A stretch of DNA of 48,170 nucleotides from Ignavibacteriaceae bacterium (GCA_036824595.1 DAISZW010000002.1:4154-52323), one strand, 5' to 3'. Shown: positions 38,600 through 48,037, counted from the first letter of the stretch. The notes: generated by a model from the sequence alone, not told the origin. Made by a program: numbers and translations.

Positions 38600-39127
38600 A
38601 TGCAAGTTGCATTCTACATATCTGCAGTAATTGCAGTCTTATCTTCTGTAATGGTGATTACCCGGCTTAATGCAGTACATGCACTGCTCTATTTAATTGT
38701 TTCTTTATTTTCTGTTGCGGTAATCTTCTTCATTCTTGGTTCTCCATTTGCCGCTGCGCTTGAGGTAATTATTTACGCCGGGGCAATAATGGTGCTGTTC
38801 GTTTTTGCAGTTATGCTCCTTAACCTTGGACAGGAAGCAAAGGCTGAAGAAAAAAAATTACTTAGCGGAAAACTCTGGATCGGCCCGGGAATTTTATCTT
38901 TAATTCTTCTGGTTCAGCTTTTAATCATTCTTTTTTCAGAGAACACTAATGAGATTTCCGTACATGCAATTTCCCCTAAAGAAGTAGGGATCACTTTATT
39001 CCGCAAATATTTACTTGGAGTAGAATTATCGGGCATGCTCCTGATGTCCGGGATTGTAGGTGCTTTTTATTTGGGAGAAAAGAAGAAGAAATCGAAGCAT
39101 AGATTTCTTCAAGGAGAGAATAATTGA
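38600..39127 (+). CDS. nuoJ: NADH-quinone oxidoreductase subunit J
   Basis: 175 aa of membrane protein with the ND6-like pattern AALEVIIYAGAIMVLFVFAVMLL. Its position in the operon fits. Confidence 0.9.
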   Translation: MQVAFYISAVIAVLSSVMVITRLNAVHALLYLIVSLFSVAVIFFILGSPFAAALEVIIYAGAIMVLFVFAVMLLNLGQEAKAEEKKLLSGKLWIGPGILSLILLVQLLIILFSENTNEISVHAISPKEVGITLFRKYLLGVELSGMLLMSGIVGAFYLGEKKKKSKHRFLQGENN

Positions 39128-39432
39128 ATCCGATTTCTTTGGAAATAAATTTGGCATTAGCCGGCATATTATTCCTTATTGGATTAATAGGTGTAATGGT
39201 AAGAAGAAATATAGTTTTTATGCTGATGTCTATCGAGATAATGCTGAATGCCTCCGGGCTGGCATTTGTGGCTGCCGGATCCAAATGGATGCAGGCCGAC
39301 GGCCAGGTAATGTTCATATTTATTCTTACAATGGCTGCAGCCGAAGTATCGGTAGCCCTCGCGCTGATTTTAAAGATATTCGGCAGAACCAAAACACTGG
39401 ATGCCGATTTACTTGATAAGATGAAAGGATAA
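39124..39432 (+). CDS. nuoK: NADH-quinone oxidoreductase subunit K
   Basis: 102 aa with three TM helices and the motif MLMSIEIMLNA. The TTG start overlaps the nuoJ stop by 4 nt. Confidence 0.9.
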   Translation: MNPISLEINLALAGILFLIGLIGVMVRRNIVFMLMSIEIMLNASGLAFVAAGSKWMQADGQVMFIFILTMAAAEVSVALALILKIFGRTKTLDADLLDKMKG

Positions 39433-39433
39433 A

Positions 39434-41314
39434 ATGCTTAATCTTCTTTGGATTGTTCCTGCATTGCCTTTTCTTAGTTTTTTAATACTCGCTGTATTAG
39501 GTAAACGGTTTACGCTCAAGGCTGCATCAATTCTAGGTGCAGGCTCTATCGGAATTTCCGCATTCATTACACTATTAATCGGAATCAGTTTTATCTCGAA
39601 TCCCCCTGCTGATCATATTTTCGTTCAAACTCTCTGGACCTGGATCAATGTTGCCGGATTTAATCCTTCCATCTCATTTTACCTTGATCCTCTTTCAATA
39701 GTATTCATGTTTGTAGTTACTTTTGTCGGATTTTTGATCCATCTTTATTCGGTCGAATTCATGTATGAAGAAGAAGGATTCACACGTTTCTTTGCTTACA
39801 TGAATTTGTTTGTTGGATCGATGCTCACCCTCGTACTTGCAGATAACCTTCTTCTGCTTTATCTCGGCTGGGAAGGGGTTGGACTGTGCAGTTATCTATT
39901 AATCGGATTTTGGTACAAAGATTCTGTAAACGGAGCCGCTGCACAGAAGGCATTTATAGTTACGCGGGTGGGCGATACGGCAATGGCAATCGGATTGTTT
40001 CTCCTTGTTGCAAATCTTGGAACACTAAACATAAAAGATATTTTGAACAGAGCACCTGAAGCATGGGCACAAGGCTCTTCATTGGCAACTGCAGTTGCAC
40101 TGCTTCTTTTAGGCGGTGCGCTTGGAAAATCGGCACAGCTTCCATTGCAAACCTGGCTGCCCGATGCAATGGCAGGTCCATCCCCTGTTAGCGCTTTAAT
40201 ACATGCTGCAACAATGGTTACTGCAGGAGTTTACCTAATAGCCAGAACAAATGCACTCTTCATTCTAGCACCGGATGTACAGCAGCTTGTTGCAGTTATC
40301 GGAGCAGCAACTCTTCTGGTTGCAGGCTTTTCTGCCCTAACTCAGCATGATATTAAACGAGTGCTGGCGTATTCCACAATAAGCCAGATAGGCTATATGT
40401 TTCTTGCATTAGGAGTCGGAGCATTTTCTGCTGCTGTCTTCCATTTTATGATCCATGCCTTTTTTAAAGCTTTACTTTTTCTTGCAGCCGGAGCTGTAAT
40501 AATATCTCTGCATCATGAACATAATATGTTTAAGATGGGTGGATTGAAAACAAAGATGCCTTTAATTTACTGGACATTCCTGATTGGTTCGGCCTCGCTG
40601 GCCTCGCTCCCATTAATAACTGCAGGTTTTTACAGTAAAGATTTGATCTTATGGACTGCATGGTCGGGCACAAAAGGAAGTACCTGGTTATGGGCCGCAG
40701 GTTTGTTCGGTGCTTTTATAACGGCAATATATACATTCAGAATGGTTTTTATCACCTTTTTAGGTGAACAAAGAACAGAGATCAGTCATACATCAGGAAA
40801 TTTGATTAAAGTACCTTTAGTAATATTAGCAGTTCTCTCGCTTATCGGAGGATTTATCGAGCTGCCGGGAACTTTAGGCCATTTACCTCTGTTCTCCGGT
40901 TTTTTAGAGAATGCACTCCCCTCTGTTTCATTAACTGGCAATAGCATATTGCAGGAAGGAATTTTTCAGATAATTGCAGGAATAACAGCTTTGGCTGGAT
41001 TGTATATATCTTATCTTCTTTATGTGCGAAGAAATATATCCGAAGAAAGGTTTAGCAAGGGAGCGCTGCACAGGTTCTTCTACTCCGGCTGGGGCTTTGA
41101 TTGGCTTTATGATAGATTGTTTGTCAAACCGGCAATATTTCTTGCATATATAAACAGAAACGATTTCATTGATCTATTTTATAACGGTATTGCTGCAGTT
41201 ACATCGTTTATTCACAAATTATTAAGCAAAACTCAAACCGGAAGACTAAGGTGGTATGCGATGGGAATAGCTGTTGGAGCAATTTTAACAATAACTATAA
41301 TAGTTTTCTTATGA
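39434..41314 (+). CDS. nuoL: NADH-quinone oxidoreductase subunit L
   Basis: 626 aa, Mrp-antiporter-like, with LGWEGVGLCSYLLIGFW and GKSAQLPLQTWLPDAMAGPSPVSALIHAATMVTAG. A C-terminal lateral helix region is present. Confidence 0.95.
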   Translation: MLNLLWIVPALPFLSFLILAVLGKRFTLKAASILGAGSIGISAFITLLIGISFISNPPADHIFVQTLWTWINVAGFNPSISFYLDPLSIVFMFVVTFVGFLIHLYSVEFMYEEEGFTRFFAYMNLFVGSMLTLVLADNLLLLYLGWEGVGLCSYLLIGFWYKDSVNGAAAQKAFIVTRVGDTAMAIGLFLLVANLGTLNIKDILNRAPEAWAQGSSLATAVALLLLGGALGKSAQLPLQTWLPDAMAGPSPVSALIHAATMVTAGVYLIARTNALFILAPDVQQLVAVIGAATLLVAGFSALTQHDIKRVLAYSTISQIGYMFLALGVGAFSAAVFHFMIHAFFKALLFLAAGAVIISLHHEHNMFKMGGLKTKMPLIYWTFLIGSASLASLPLITAGFYSKDLILWTAWSGTKGSTWLWAAGLFGAFITAIYTFRMVFITFLGEQRTEISHTSGNLIKVPLVILAVLSLIGGFIELPGTLGHLPLFSGFLENALPSVSLTGNSILQEGIFQIIAGITALAGLYISYLLYVRRNISEERFSKGALHRFFYSGWGFDWLYDRLFVKPAIFLAYINRNDFIDLFYNGIAAVTSFIHKLLSKTQTGRLRWYAMGIAVGAILTITIIVFL

Positions 41315-42846
41315 TACTTGCCTGGCTCATAATAATATTAATGATCGGCGGAATTCTTGCATGGATTACGGGAAGAAAGAGTCCGCTTGCCGCAAGATGG
41401 ATTTCCCTCCTTTCTGTTCTCATAGATTTTATTCTCGTTGTAAAAATCTGGATTGATTACTCTGAGCAATTAAATTTAAATTCAAATCCATCATGGGCTA
41501 TTGAAATAAATAATGTATGGATACCGCAGTTCGGGATTAATTTTCATCTGGCGCTTGACGGATTGAGCTTAATTTTAATAGCTCTTACAGCATTCCTTGG
41601 GCTTCTTTCAGTACTCATATCATGGAAAGAGATAAACGAAAGAGTAGGATTTTTTCACTTTAATTTACTATGGATTTTAGCCGGCATAGTAGGAGTTTTT
41701 ACAGCCATAGACCTCTTCCTCTTCTATTTCTTCTGGGAAGTAATGCTTATCCCGATGTACTTTTTAATTGCCATATGGGGACATGAGAATAGAATTTATG
41801 CATCTTACAAGTTTTTTATTTTCACACAGGCTAGCGGATTATTAATGTTCCTTGCCATTCTGGGATTGTATTTTATCCACGGGTCCCAGACAGGTTCATA
41901 TACATTCGATTATATGCAGCTTCTCGGTACAAATCTGAATCCTTCAATGGCTTTTCTCTTAATGCTTGGATTTTTAATTGCATTTATTGTAAAGCTGCCT
42001 GCTGTACCGTTCCATAACTGGCTTCCCGACGCACATACCGAAGCTCCGACTGCCGGGAGTGTAATACTCGCCGGACTTTTATTGAAAACCGGTGCATACG
42101 GCATCCTTCGGTTTGTAATTCCACTCTTCCCGGAAGCAGCTGAAGATTTTCAACTGATTGCTTTTATTCTTGGTGTTGCAGGAATTTTATACGGAGCTAT
42201 GCTTGCCTTTGCTCAAACGGATTTAAAAAGGCTGGTTGCATATTCAAGCGTCAGCCATATGGGCTTTGTGCTGCTTGGAGCTTTTTCCTTTAATGAATTA
42301 GCGCTGCAGGGAACAGTAATGCAGATGATTACTCATGGAATAAGCACCGGGGCTCTTTTTATTTTGGTCGGAATGCTGCAGGAAAGAATTCATACCAGGG
42401 ATTTAAATTTAATGGGAGGGCTTTGGGCTAAAGTCCCGGTTATGGGCGGAGTGGGCCTGCTCTTTGCAATGGCTTCGCTAGGACTTCCCGGACTCGGTAA
42501 TTTCATCGCGGAATTTCTTGTACTAGCCGGCTCTTATCAGGCAAATACAGTTTTAACTGCTGCTGCTGCTTTAGGCTTAATTGCATCTACAATTTATTCT
42601 TTAAGAATAGTGCAAAAAGTTTTTCATGGTGTTCCCGAAAAGGAATGGCAGCTCTCTGATCTTAATCCGAGAGAGATCACTGTAATGAGCTCTTTAATTG
42701 TTGTTATTGTATGGCTGGGACTTTTTCCCCAGCAGGTATTTGATATATCTAAATCATCGGTCAACAAAATTCTGTATAGTATTGAAACAATAGAGGCAAA
42801 TTATAATTCAAAAAACATAATAAAAGAAATTACCGCCGAACAATGA
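41311..42846 (+). CDS. nuoM: NADH-quinone oxidoreductase subunit M
   Basis: The ORF-track start at 41251 lies inside nuoL. The ATG at 41311 (MILAWLIIILMIGG...) overlaps the nuoL stop as ATGA and gives a 511-aa NuoM with PFHNWLPDAHTEAPTAGSVILAG. Confidence 0.93.
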   Translation: MILAWLIIILMIGGILAWITGRKSPLAARWISLLSVLIDFILVVKIWIDYSEQLNLNSNPSWAIEINNVWIPQFGINFHLALDGLSLILIALTAFLGLLSVLISWKEINERVGFFHFNLLWILAGIVGVFTAIDLFLFYFFWEVMLIPMYFLIAIWGHENRIYASYKFFIFTQASGLLMFLAILGLYFIHGSQTGSYTFDYMQLLGTNLNPSMAFLLMLGFLIAFIVKLPAVPFHNWLPDAHTEAPTAGSVILAGLLLKTGAYGILRFVIPLFPEAAEDFQLIAFILGVAGILYGAMLAFAQTDLKRLVAYSSVSHMGFVLLGAFSFNELALQGTVMQMITHGISTGALFILVGMLQERIHTRDLNLMGGLWAKVPVMGGVGLLFAMASLGLPGLGNFIAEFLVLAGSYQANTVLTAAAALGLIASTIYSLRIVQKVFHGVPEKEWQLSDLNPREITVMSSLIVVIVWLGLFPQQVFDISKSSVNKILYSIETIEANYNSKNIIKEITAEQ

Positions 42847-44279
42847 GCTTATTTGAAATTGAATCCATACTTCCTTTAATAATTATTGCCGGTGCCCCGG
42901 TAATTATAATGCTTTCAATTGCCGTTAAACGGAATCATCTGTTTACTTTCTGGTTAAGCTTACTTGCACTGGCTGCCGCACTATATTATATATTCCAAAC
43001 AGCTTTGCTGACACCAGTGGAAGTAAATTCAATCCTTATAATAGATAATTTTTCTCTGTTTTATATAGGACTGCTTATATCGTCAGTATTTTTCGTTTTT
43101 CTTCTTTCATTTAATTATATCGAGAAACATCAAGGGAGCAGGGAAGAATTTTACATATTAATTTTTCTGGCTCTGCTTGGATCATCGGTAATGGCATCTG
43201 CTGATCATTTTGTTTCATTGTTTCTCGGACTTGAGTTATTAAGCATCTCGCTATACGCATTGATTGCATATATGCTTAACAATGATAATTCTCTGGAAGC
43301 TGGGATCAAATATTTAGTGTTGGCCTCGGTATCCTCAGCATTCCTTTTGTTCGGAATGGCTTTAATTTATGCAGCATACGGGAAAATGGATTTTACCGGG
43401 ATTGCAGAAGCTTTAGCTACCGAGGGAATTTCCGCTCTTTCGCTAACAGGGTTTGCATTAATTATTGTAGGGGTCGGATTTAAACTTGCACTTGTCCCCT
43501 TCCATATGTGGACTCCCGATATTTATCAGGCTGCCGCTGCACCGGTTACTGGATTTATTGCTTCCGTCTCAAAAGGAGGTATGTTTGCGGTTCTTCTCCG
43601 ATTTTTTTCCGAATTGAACGGACATCAGTATGAATCGCTTACATTGTTATTCAGCATATTGGCAATAGCTTCAATGATTACAGGTAATCTCCTCGCACTT
43701 CTTCAAAATAATGTAAAGAGGATTTTAGCGTATTCTTCCATTTCACATTTCGGGTATATGCTGGTTGCATTTTTGGCCGGCGGAAATATGGGAGTAGAAT
43801 CTTCAACATTTTATCTCGCCGTATATTTTATTACAATTCTGGGTTCATTCGGAATTGTCTCAATCCTTTCGGATTATAATAACGAAGCGGAGCACATCGA
43901 TGACTATAAAGGTCTGTTCTGGAAACGGCCCGTAATTGCAGTTGCATTTACAGCAATGCTGTTTTCTTTAGCGGGAATTCCTTTAACTGCAGGATTTATG
44001 GGAAAGTATTATGTTCTTGCTGCCGGGGTCAATGCATCCCTTTGGACCCTGGTGATTGTCCTTGCCGGCGCGAGCGTAATCGGCTTGTATTACTACCTTC
44101 GTATTGTAGTTTCCATGTTCACACAATCTGACTCTATTGTATCCGTGGGGAAAAATAATAGTTACACTTTCAGCAGCATGGCTGCAGTAGGAATTCTTAC
44201 CGTATTGGTAATCTTGTTTGGCGTTTATCCTGCCGGGTTAATTGAAGTTATTCAATACATTGCAAAAAGTTTTTTATGA
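42843..44279 (+). CDS. nuoN: NADH-quinone oxidoreductase subunit N
   Basis: 478 aa with LVPFHMWTPDIYQAAAAPVTGF. The ATGA overlap with nuoM fits its role as the last gene of the operon. Confidence 0.94.
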   Translation: MSLFEIESILPLIIIAGAPVIIMLSIAVKRNHLFTFWLSLLALAAALYYIFQTALLTPVEVNSILIIDNFSLFYIGLLISSVFFVFLLSFNYIEKHQGSREEFYILIFLALLGSSVMASADHFVSLFLGLELLSISLYALIAYMLNNDNSLEAGIKYLVLASVSSAFLLFGMALIYAAYGKMDFTGIAEALATEGISALSLTGFALIIVGVGFKLALVPFHMWTPDIYQAAAAPVTGFIASVSKGGMFAVLLRFFSELNGHQYESLTLLFSILAIASMITGNLLALLQNNVKRILAYSSISHFGYMLVAFLAGGNMGVESSTFYLAVYFITILGSFGIVSILSDYNNEAEHIDDYKGLFWKRPVIAVAFTAMLFSLAGIPLTAGFMGKYYVLAAGVNASLWTLVIVLAGASVIGLYYYLRIVVSMFTQSDSIVSVGKNNSYTFSSMAAVGILTVLVILFGVYPAGLIEVIQYIAKSFL

Positions 44280-44360
44280 TATTGAGCGGCATGCTTTTAC
44301 TCTGATCAATTATTAAATTGTATTTTGTCAATTTGAAATTATATTTTTTAGGATAAACAA

Positions 44361-44825
44361 ATGAGTATCAAGATTACTTCCACTGCTTTTAATAACGGGG
44401 ATTTTATTCCCGCTAAATATACCTGCGACGGCGCCGATATTTCTCCGCATTTAACGTGGGACGGGATTCCGGAAGGAACAAAAACTTTATCATTAATTGT
44501 TGATGATCCGGATGCACCGGGACATACATTTGTGCATTGGGTTGTTTACAATATTCCTGCCCACATAAAAGAATTACCGGAGGGGGTTACACCCACAAGG
44601 AACATCCCTGAAGATGTCTTAATGGGTACAAATGATTACGGCCGTATCGGTTACGGCGGACCGTGTCCTCCGCCCGGAACCCACAGGTATTTTTTTAAAC
44701 TTTATGCATTGAACAGCGCATTGCATCTAGATGCAGGAGCCACCAAAGGCCAGGTTTTAAAAGCTATGGAAAAACATATGCTAGGGCAGGCAGAATTAAT
44801 GGGAAAATACAGCAGGAAGAAGTAG
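44361..44825 (+). CDS. YbhB/YbcL-family (PEBP / Raf kinase inhibitor-like) protein
   Basis: 154 aa with DDPDAPGHTFVHWVVYNIP and GYGGPCPPPGTHRYFFKLYAL, which are the PEBP signature. Confidence 0.88.
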   Translation: MSIKITSTAFNNGDFIPAKYTCDGADISPHLTWDGIPEGTKTLSLIVDDPDAPGHTFVHWVVYNIPAHIKELPEGVTPTRNIPEDVLMGTNDYGRIGYGGPCPPPGTHRYFFKLYALNSALHLDAGATKGQVLKAMEKHMLGQAELMGKYSRKK

Positions 44826-44891
44826 AGGCATTGGGGGGTATTAAGGTATATGGTGTAAATAATGAATTTCCAGCCTTATACCTCTATGGCT

Positions 44892-46046
44892 TTAATATCT
44901 GAACACGGCTGCTGCCGGTTTATCGCACGGCATTTTATCTTGTTCCAAAACAAAAACACTTCCGTTATTTACAAATGTCTGTACCGCGGCAAGATCAAGA
45001 AGCTCCTCGTTTGATTCATTATGGCTGCCGTCAACTATTACTTCATCGGCTTCCCGGTTGTACCTTCCCCATAACTGAACTTCTCTATTTACAAAGAGAG
45101 ATTCTATTTTTTTGTTAAATGCTCCCTTAACAATTTCTTCAATATTGCTGGATGCCCTGCCGTTGCCGGAAAATTGTTCATATAATTTAAATGCTTTCAA
45201 CCGGTTTTTCTCAAAAAGCGGATGAACAATTTCCCATGCCGAACGGTGAAGCTCTTCATTTTTTAGCCCTTCAGGATTTATATCAAGACTCTCACCTGCC
45301 AGATACGGGTAAGAATTGGCTTCTTTATACAATGGAATCAGATACTCAACACCGGCAAGCACTAACGGAGCATTTTCATTCTTGATTACATGGAAAACTC
45401 CCTTGTTTACCAGCTTAAAAAATTCCAGGATCTTTTCTTTATGTACTGCCGCATCCATTCTTACACTTCCATGTGTAAAAAAGCTTGCGCCCTCAGCTGC
45501 TGTTGAACCCACGTAAAGCTGGTAAGATTTATCCGCTTCTTCATATTGGAAAAAATCCTTAAGGCTTATAAAGGTGCCTTTTGGGAGTTTTACTTCGTTT
45601 ATAGAATACTTCGAACCTTGAAAAAGCTTAATTATTTTTTGATCCAACCCCAGTAAAAAGAAACGGCCGTCACCGCTCATTAGCGATAGAAGAGGTTTTA
45701 AATAATAACGCTGAGAAATGATATTTATATCCTGCACCTTTATCGGTATTCTATACCTTTGAAATTCACCCGGAGAAAAGAACACCGCAAGCCCTTCACT
45801 CTGGTGATTCCAGAATTCAATATCATCAAGAAGATCAAATGCCGGTTTCATCAGCTGCTGAAGCCGATTCGCACGTATACCCCGCTCATTAAGCTTTTTA
45901 TAGATTTTTTGTATATGATTTTTAAATCTTGTCCTGTCCTGACCTTGTTCATTCCATTCACGGTGAGTAGGTATATAAACCGATATGCAAGGTTCGCTGC
46001 TTTTTTTTACTAAACTTTTTAAAGACTCTTTTGATAATAAATCCAT
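44892..46046 (-). CDS. hypothetical protein, resembles bacterial eRF1-like (baeRF-type) domain proteins
   Basis: 384 aa. The N-terminus reads SEPCISVYIPTHREWNEQGQDRTRFKNHIQK. Later elements are FWNHQSEGLAVFF, GRFFLLGLDQKIIKLF, APLVLAGVEYLIPLYK and a C-terminal AAAVFRY. This pattern matches my recollection of the baeRF3/7-like families. It is not verified by a search. Confidence 0.45.
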   Translation of the reverse strand: MDLLSKESLKSLVKKSSEPCISVYIPTHREWNEQGQDRTRFKNHIQKIYKKLNERGIRANRLQQLMKPAFDLLDDIEFWNHQSEGLAVFFSPGEFQRYRIPIKVQDINIISQRYYLKPLLSLMSGDGRFFLLGLDQKIIKLFQGSKYSINEVKLPKGTFISLKDFFQYEEADKSYQLYVGSTAAEGASFFTHGSVRMDAAVHKEKILEFFKLVNKGVFHVIKNENAPLVLAGVEYLIPLYKEANSYPYLAGESLDINPEGLKNEELHRSAWEIVHPLFEKNRLKAFKLYEQFSGNGRASSNIEEIVKGAFNKKIESLFVNREVQLWGRYNREADEVIVDGSHNESNEELLDLAAVQTFVNNGSVFVLEQDKMPCDKPAAAVFRY

Positions 46047-46321
46047 ATTCTTCTCCTTCTATCTTAAAAAAGAATTAATTAAATCTGCATTTGGAAATGC
46101 AGCTGGAAATCCCAAAAGGATAATGAATATTTTTGTTCTTATACTTCTGTTTATCTATAATATAACAATAGAAAAGGAGATAATCAGTGAGTAAATGTAA
46201 GCATGAAAAAAGCCGTTATTAACCATTGAAATCGGTATTTTTTTATAATTTCGCTTTAGTACGTCTGTAAAAAAATATTTGCGGCTTTGCCGGAAATATT
46301 ATCGGAGAGAATATAAAAATT

Positions 46322-46572
46322 GTTGATCCTCTACGAGGATCTTTAAGTATCAGAGGTATTCCACATGGTTACACTAGTTGAACATCTACGATGTTCATTT
46401 CGGGAATTGACTTAAGAATATTAAATGAAGATTTCAATAAAAACATCGTAGATCCGCCCTGGCTCGCCCGTCTTGGTTCGGCCAAGCCGAGACAGTCTGA
46501 GGCTAGACAGGTGTTTTACTATTGTAGAAAATAAGGAATCCGAAAATTATTAAATCCTCGTAGAGGATTAAC
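46322..46572. mobile_element. MITE-like non-coding element with palindromic terminal inverted repeats and a 5-bp flanking direct repeat
   Basis: The left end is GTTGATCCTCTACGAGGATC (46322-46341). The reverse complement of the right end is GTTAATCCTCTACGAGGATT (46553-46572), matching at 18/20. AAATT flanks both ends (46317-46321 and 46573-46577). An internal hairpin copy lies at 46377-46400 and a GC-rich core at 46454-46513. No ORF is present. Confidence 0.4.
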
Positions 46573-46594
46573 AAATTCCAAGTAGAGATACATT

Positions 46595-48037
46595 TTATCT
46601 AAACAAATCTTTAATGACTTTTTCCGCCGCATGGAAACCGCACATTCCGTGCACGCCTCCCCCCGGCGGAGTTGATGAAGAACAGATATAGATTCCTTTA
46701 GAAGGTGTTTTATAGGGGGAAAAACTCCATACCGGTCTGCCGTAAAACTGCATCAGATCCTGAACTCCGCCGTTTATATCTCCCCCGATATAGTTAGGAT
46801 TATATTTTTCAAAATCCTCAGCATTCATAATACTTTTTGCTAGAATAGTCTCCCTGAATACGGGCGCAAATCTTTCAATCTGCCTTTCAATTCTTTCGGT
46901 CATATCAACACCCGATCCGTTCGGCACATGGCAGTATGCCCATAATGTCTGCTTTCCTTCAGGAGCACGGGTTTTGTCGAATAAACTCTGCTGGGCTAAA
47001 ATTACAAAGGGTTTTTCAGGATGACCGCCATTCCATACAATTTTTTCTGCTTCTGATATTTCTTCAATAGTTCCGCCGATGTGAACTGTCCCGGCTGTAA
47101 GACATTCTTTAGAAGTAAACGGGACTTGTTCACTTAATGCATAATCGATTTTAAATACGCCCGGTCCGTGTCTGAACCTGGCTAGTTTTTTTTTATATTT
47201 TTCAGGAAGACGGTTCCCGGCAATTTTAATAAGCTGCCTTGGAGTTAAATCAAAAATGACAGCTTTTGATGGGGGGAGTTCTTCAATAGATTTAATTTCC
47301 GCTGATGTTTCGATCTCTCCTCCAAGAGATAAAAAATAAGATGCAAGGGCATCTGCAATTTTTTGAGAACCTCCCTTTGGAAAAGGCCATCCGTAAATAT
47401 GAGCTAGAACAGCTAAAACAATTCCTGCAGCCGAAGTCATTGGCCTTTCCAAAGGCATAATTGAATGTGCGGCCAATCCGGCAAAGAGACTTCTTTCATG
47501 TCTGCTCTTTAAATATATTTTTGCAAAATTTTCTGCAGGCAGTACCGCCTTTAACCCGAAAGATAAAGCTTTAAGTGGATAACCGGGAATGCACGGGGGA
47601 CCCAGAAAATTCTTATCAAGAAGGATCCATGCAGAAACAAGTTTCCGGAAAACTTTTAAATATTCTGAATTCTCTTTTCCTTCATGCATCCCCAATTCTG
47701 TAAGTTTTGCTGACGTTTCATCTACCGATTGAGTTAAGAGCGCTGATGTTCCGTCATCAAAAGGATGAGCCATTGCAGTTTGCGGATGTATCCATTCCAG
47801 TCCGTGGTCCTTTAATGGAAGCTGTCTGAAAAAAGGTGAACCTACAGCGAGGGGATGAATTGCAGAGCATACGTCGTGATAAAAACCTGGCAGAGTTAGC
47901 TCTGATGTTCTGCACCCTCCCCCGATTGATTCTTTTCCTTCGAACACTTTAACATGAAGACCTTCCTGAGCAAGTCTGACAGCTGCAGCCAGTCCATTTG
48001 GCCCGGAACCTACTATTACTGCATCATAAACATCCAT
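46595..48037 (-). CDS. phytoene desaturase (CrtI)-family NAD(P)/FAD-dependent oxidoreductase
   Basis: The dinucleotide-binding motif YDAVIVGSGPNGLAAA follows directly after the ATG at 48037 (MDVYDAV...). The C-terminal PPGGGVHGMCGFHAAEKV is typical of the CrtI/amine-oxidase fold. The 23 extra codons of the ORF-track start (48106) overlap an upstream terminator hairpin. Confidence 0.85.
   Translation of the reverse strand: MDVYDAVIVGSGPNGLAAAVRLAQEGLHVKVFEGKESIGGGCRTSELTLPGFYHDVCSAIHPLAVGSPFFRQLPLKDHGLEWIHPQTAMAHPFDDGTSALLTQSVDETSAKLTELGMHEGKENSEYLKVFRKLVSAWILLDKNFLGPPCIPGYPLKALSFGLKAVLPAENFAKIYLKSRHERSLFAGLAAHSIMPLERPMTSAAGIVLAVLAHIYGWPFPKGGSQKIADALASYFLSLGGEIETSAEIKSIEELPPSKAVIFDLTPRQLIKIAGNRLPEKYKKKLARFRHGPGVFKIDYALSEQVPFTSKECLTAGTVHIGGTIEEISEAEKIVWNGGHPEKPFVILAQQSLFDKTRAPEGKQTLWAYCHVPNGSGVDMTERIERQIERFAPVFRETILAKSIMNAEDFEKYNPNYIGGDINGGVQDLMQFYGRPVWSFSPYKTPSKGIYICSSSTPPGGGVHGMCGFHAAEKVIKDLFR

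Noticed and set aside
41251-41310. N-terminal extension of nuoM proposed by the ORF track
   Set aside because: It lies inside nuoL. The ATG at 41311 forms the usual ATGA coupling overlap, and the protein then starts with the expected first TM helix.
46123-46194. 23-codon hydrophobic ORF (MNIFVLILLFIYNITIEKEIISE) reminiscent of type I toxin peptides
   Set aside because: It lies in the presumed promoter region of the divergently read eRF1-like gene. It has only a weak AAAGGA 3 nt from the ATG and no evident antisense RNA or terminator. I cannot distinguish it from chance in AT-rich DNA.
46342-46552. Phase-variable invertible promoter (inverton) between the 46322-46341 and 46553-46572 inverted repeats
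   Set aside because: It is kept only as an alternative under the MITE-like finding. No recombinase gene is in the window, and I could not find a convincing promoter motif inside the segment on either strand.
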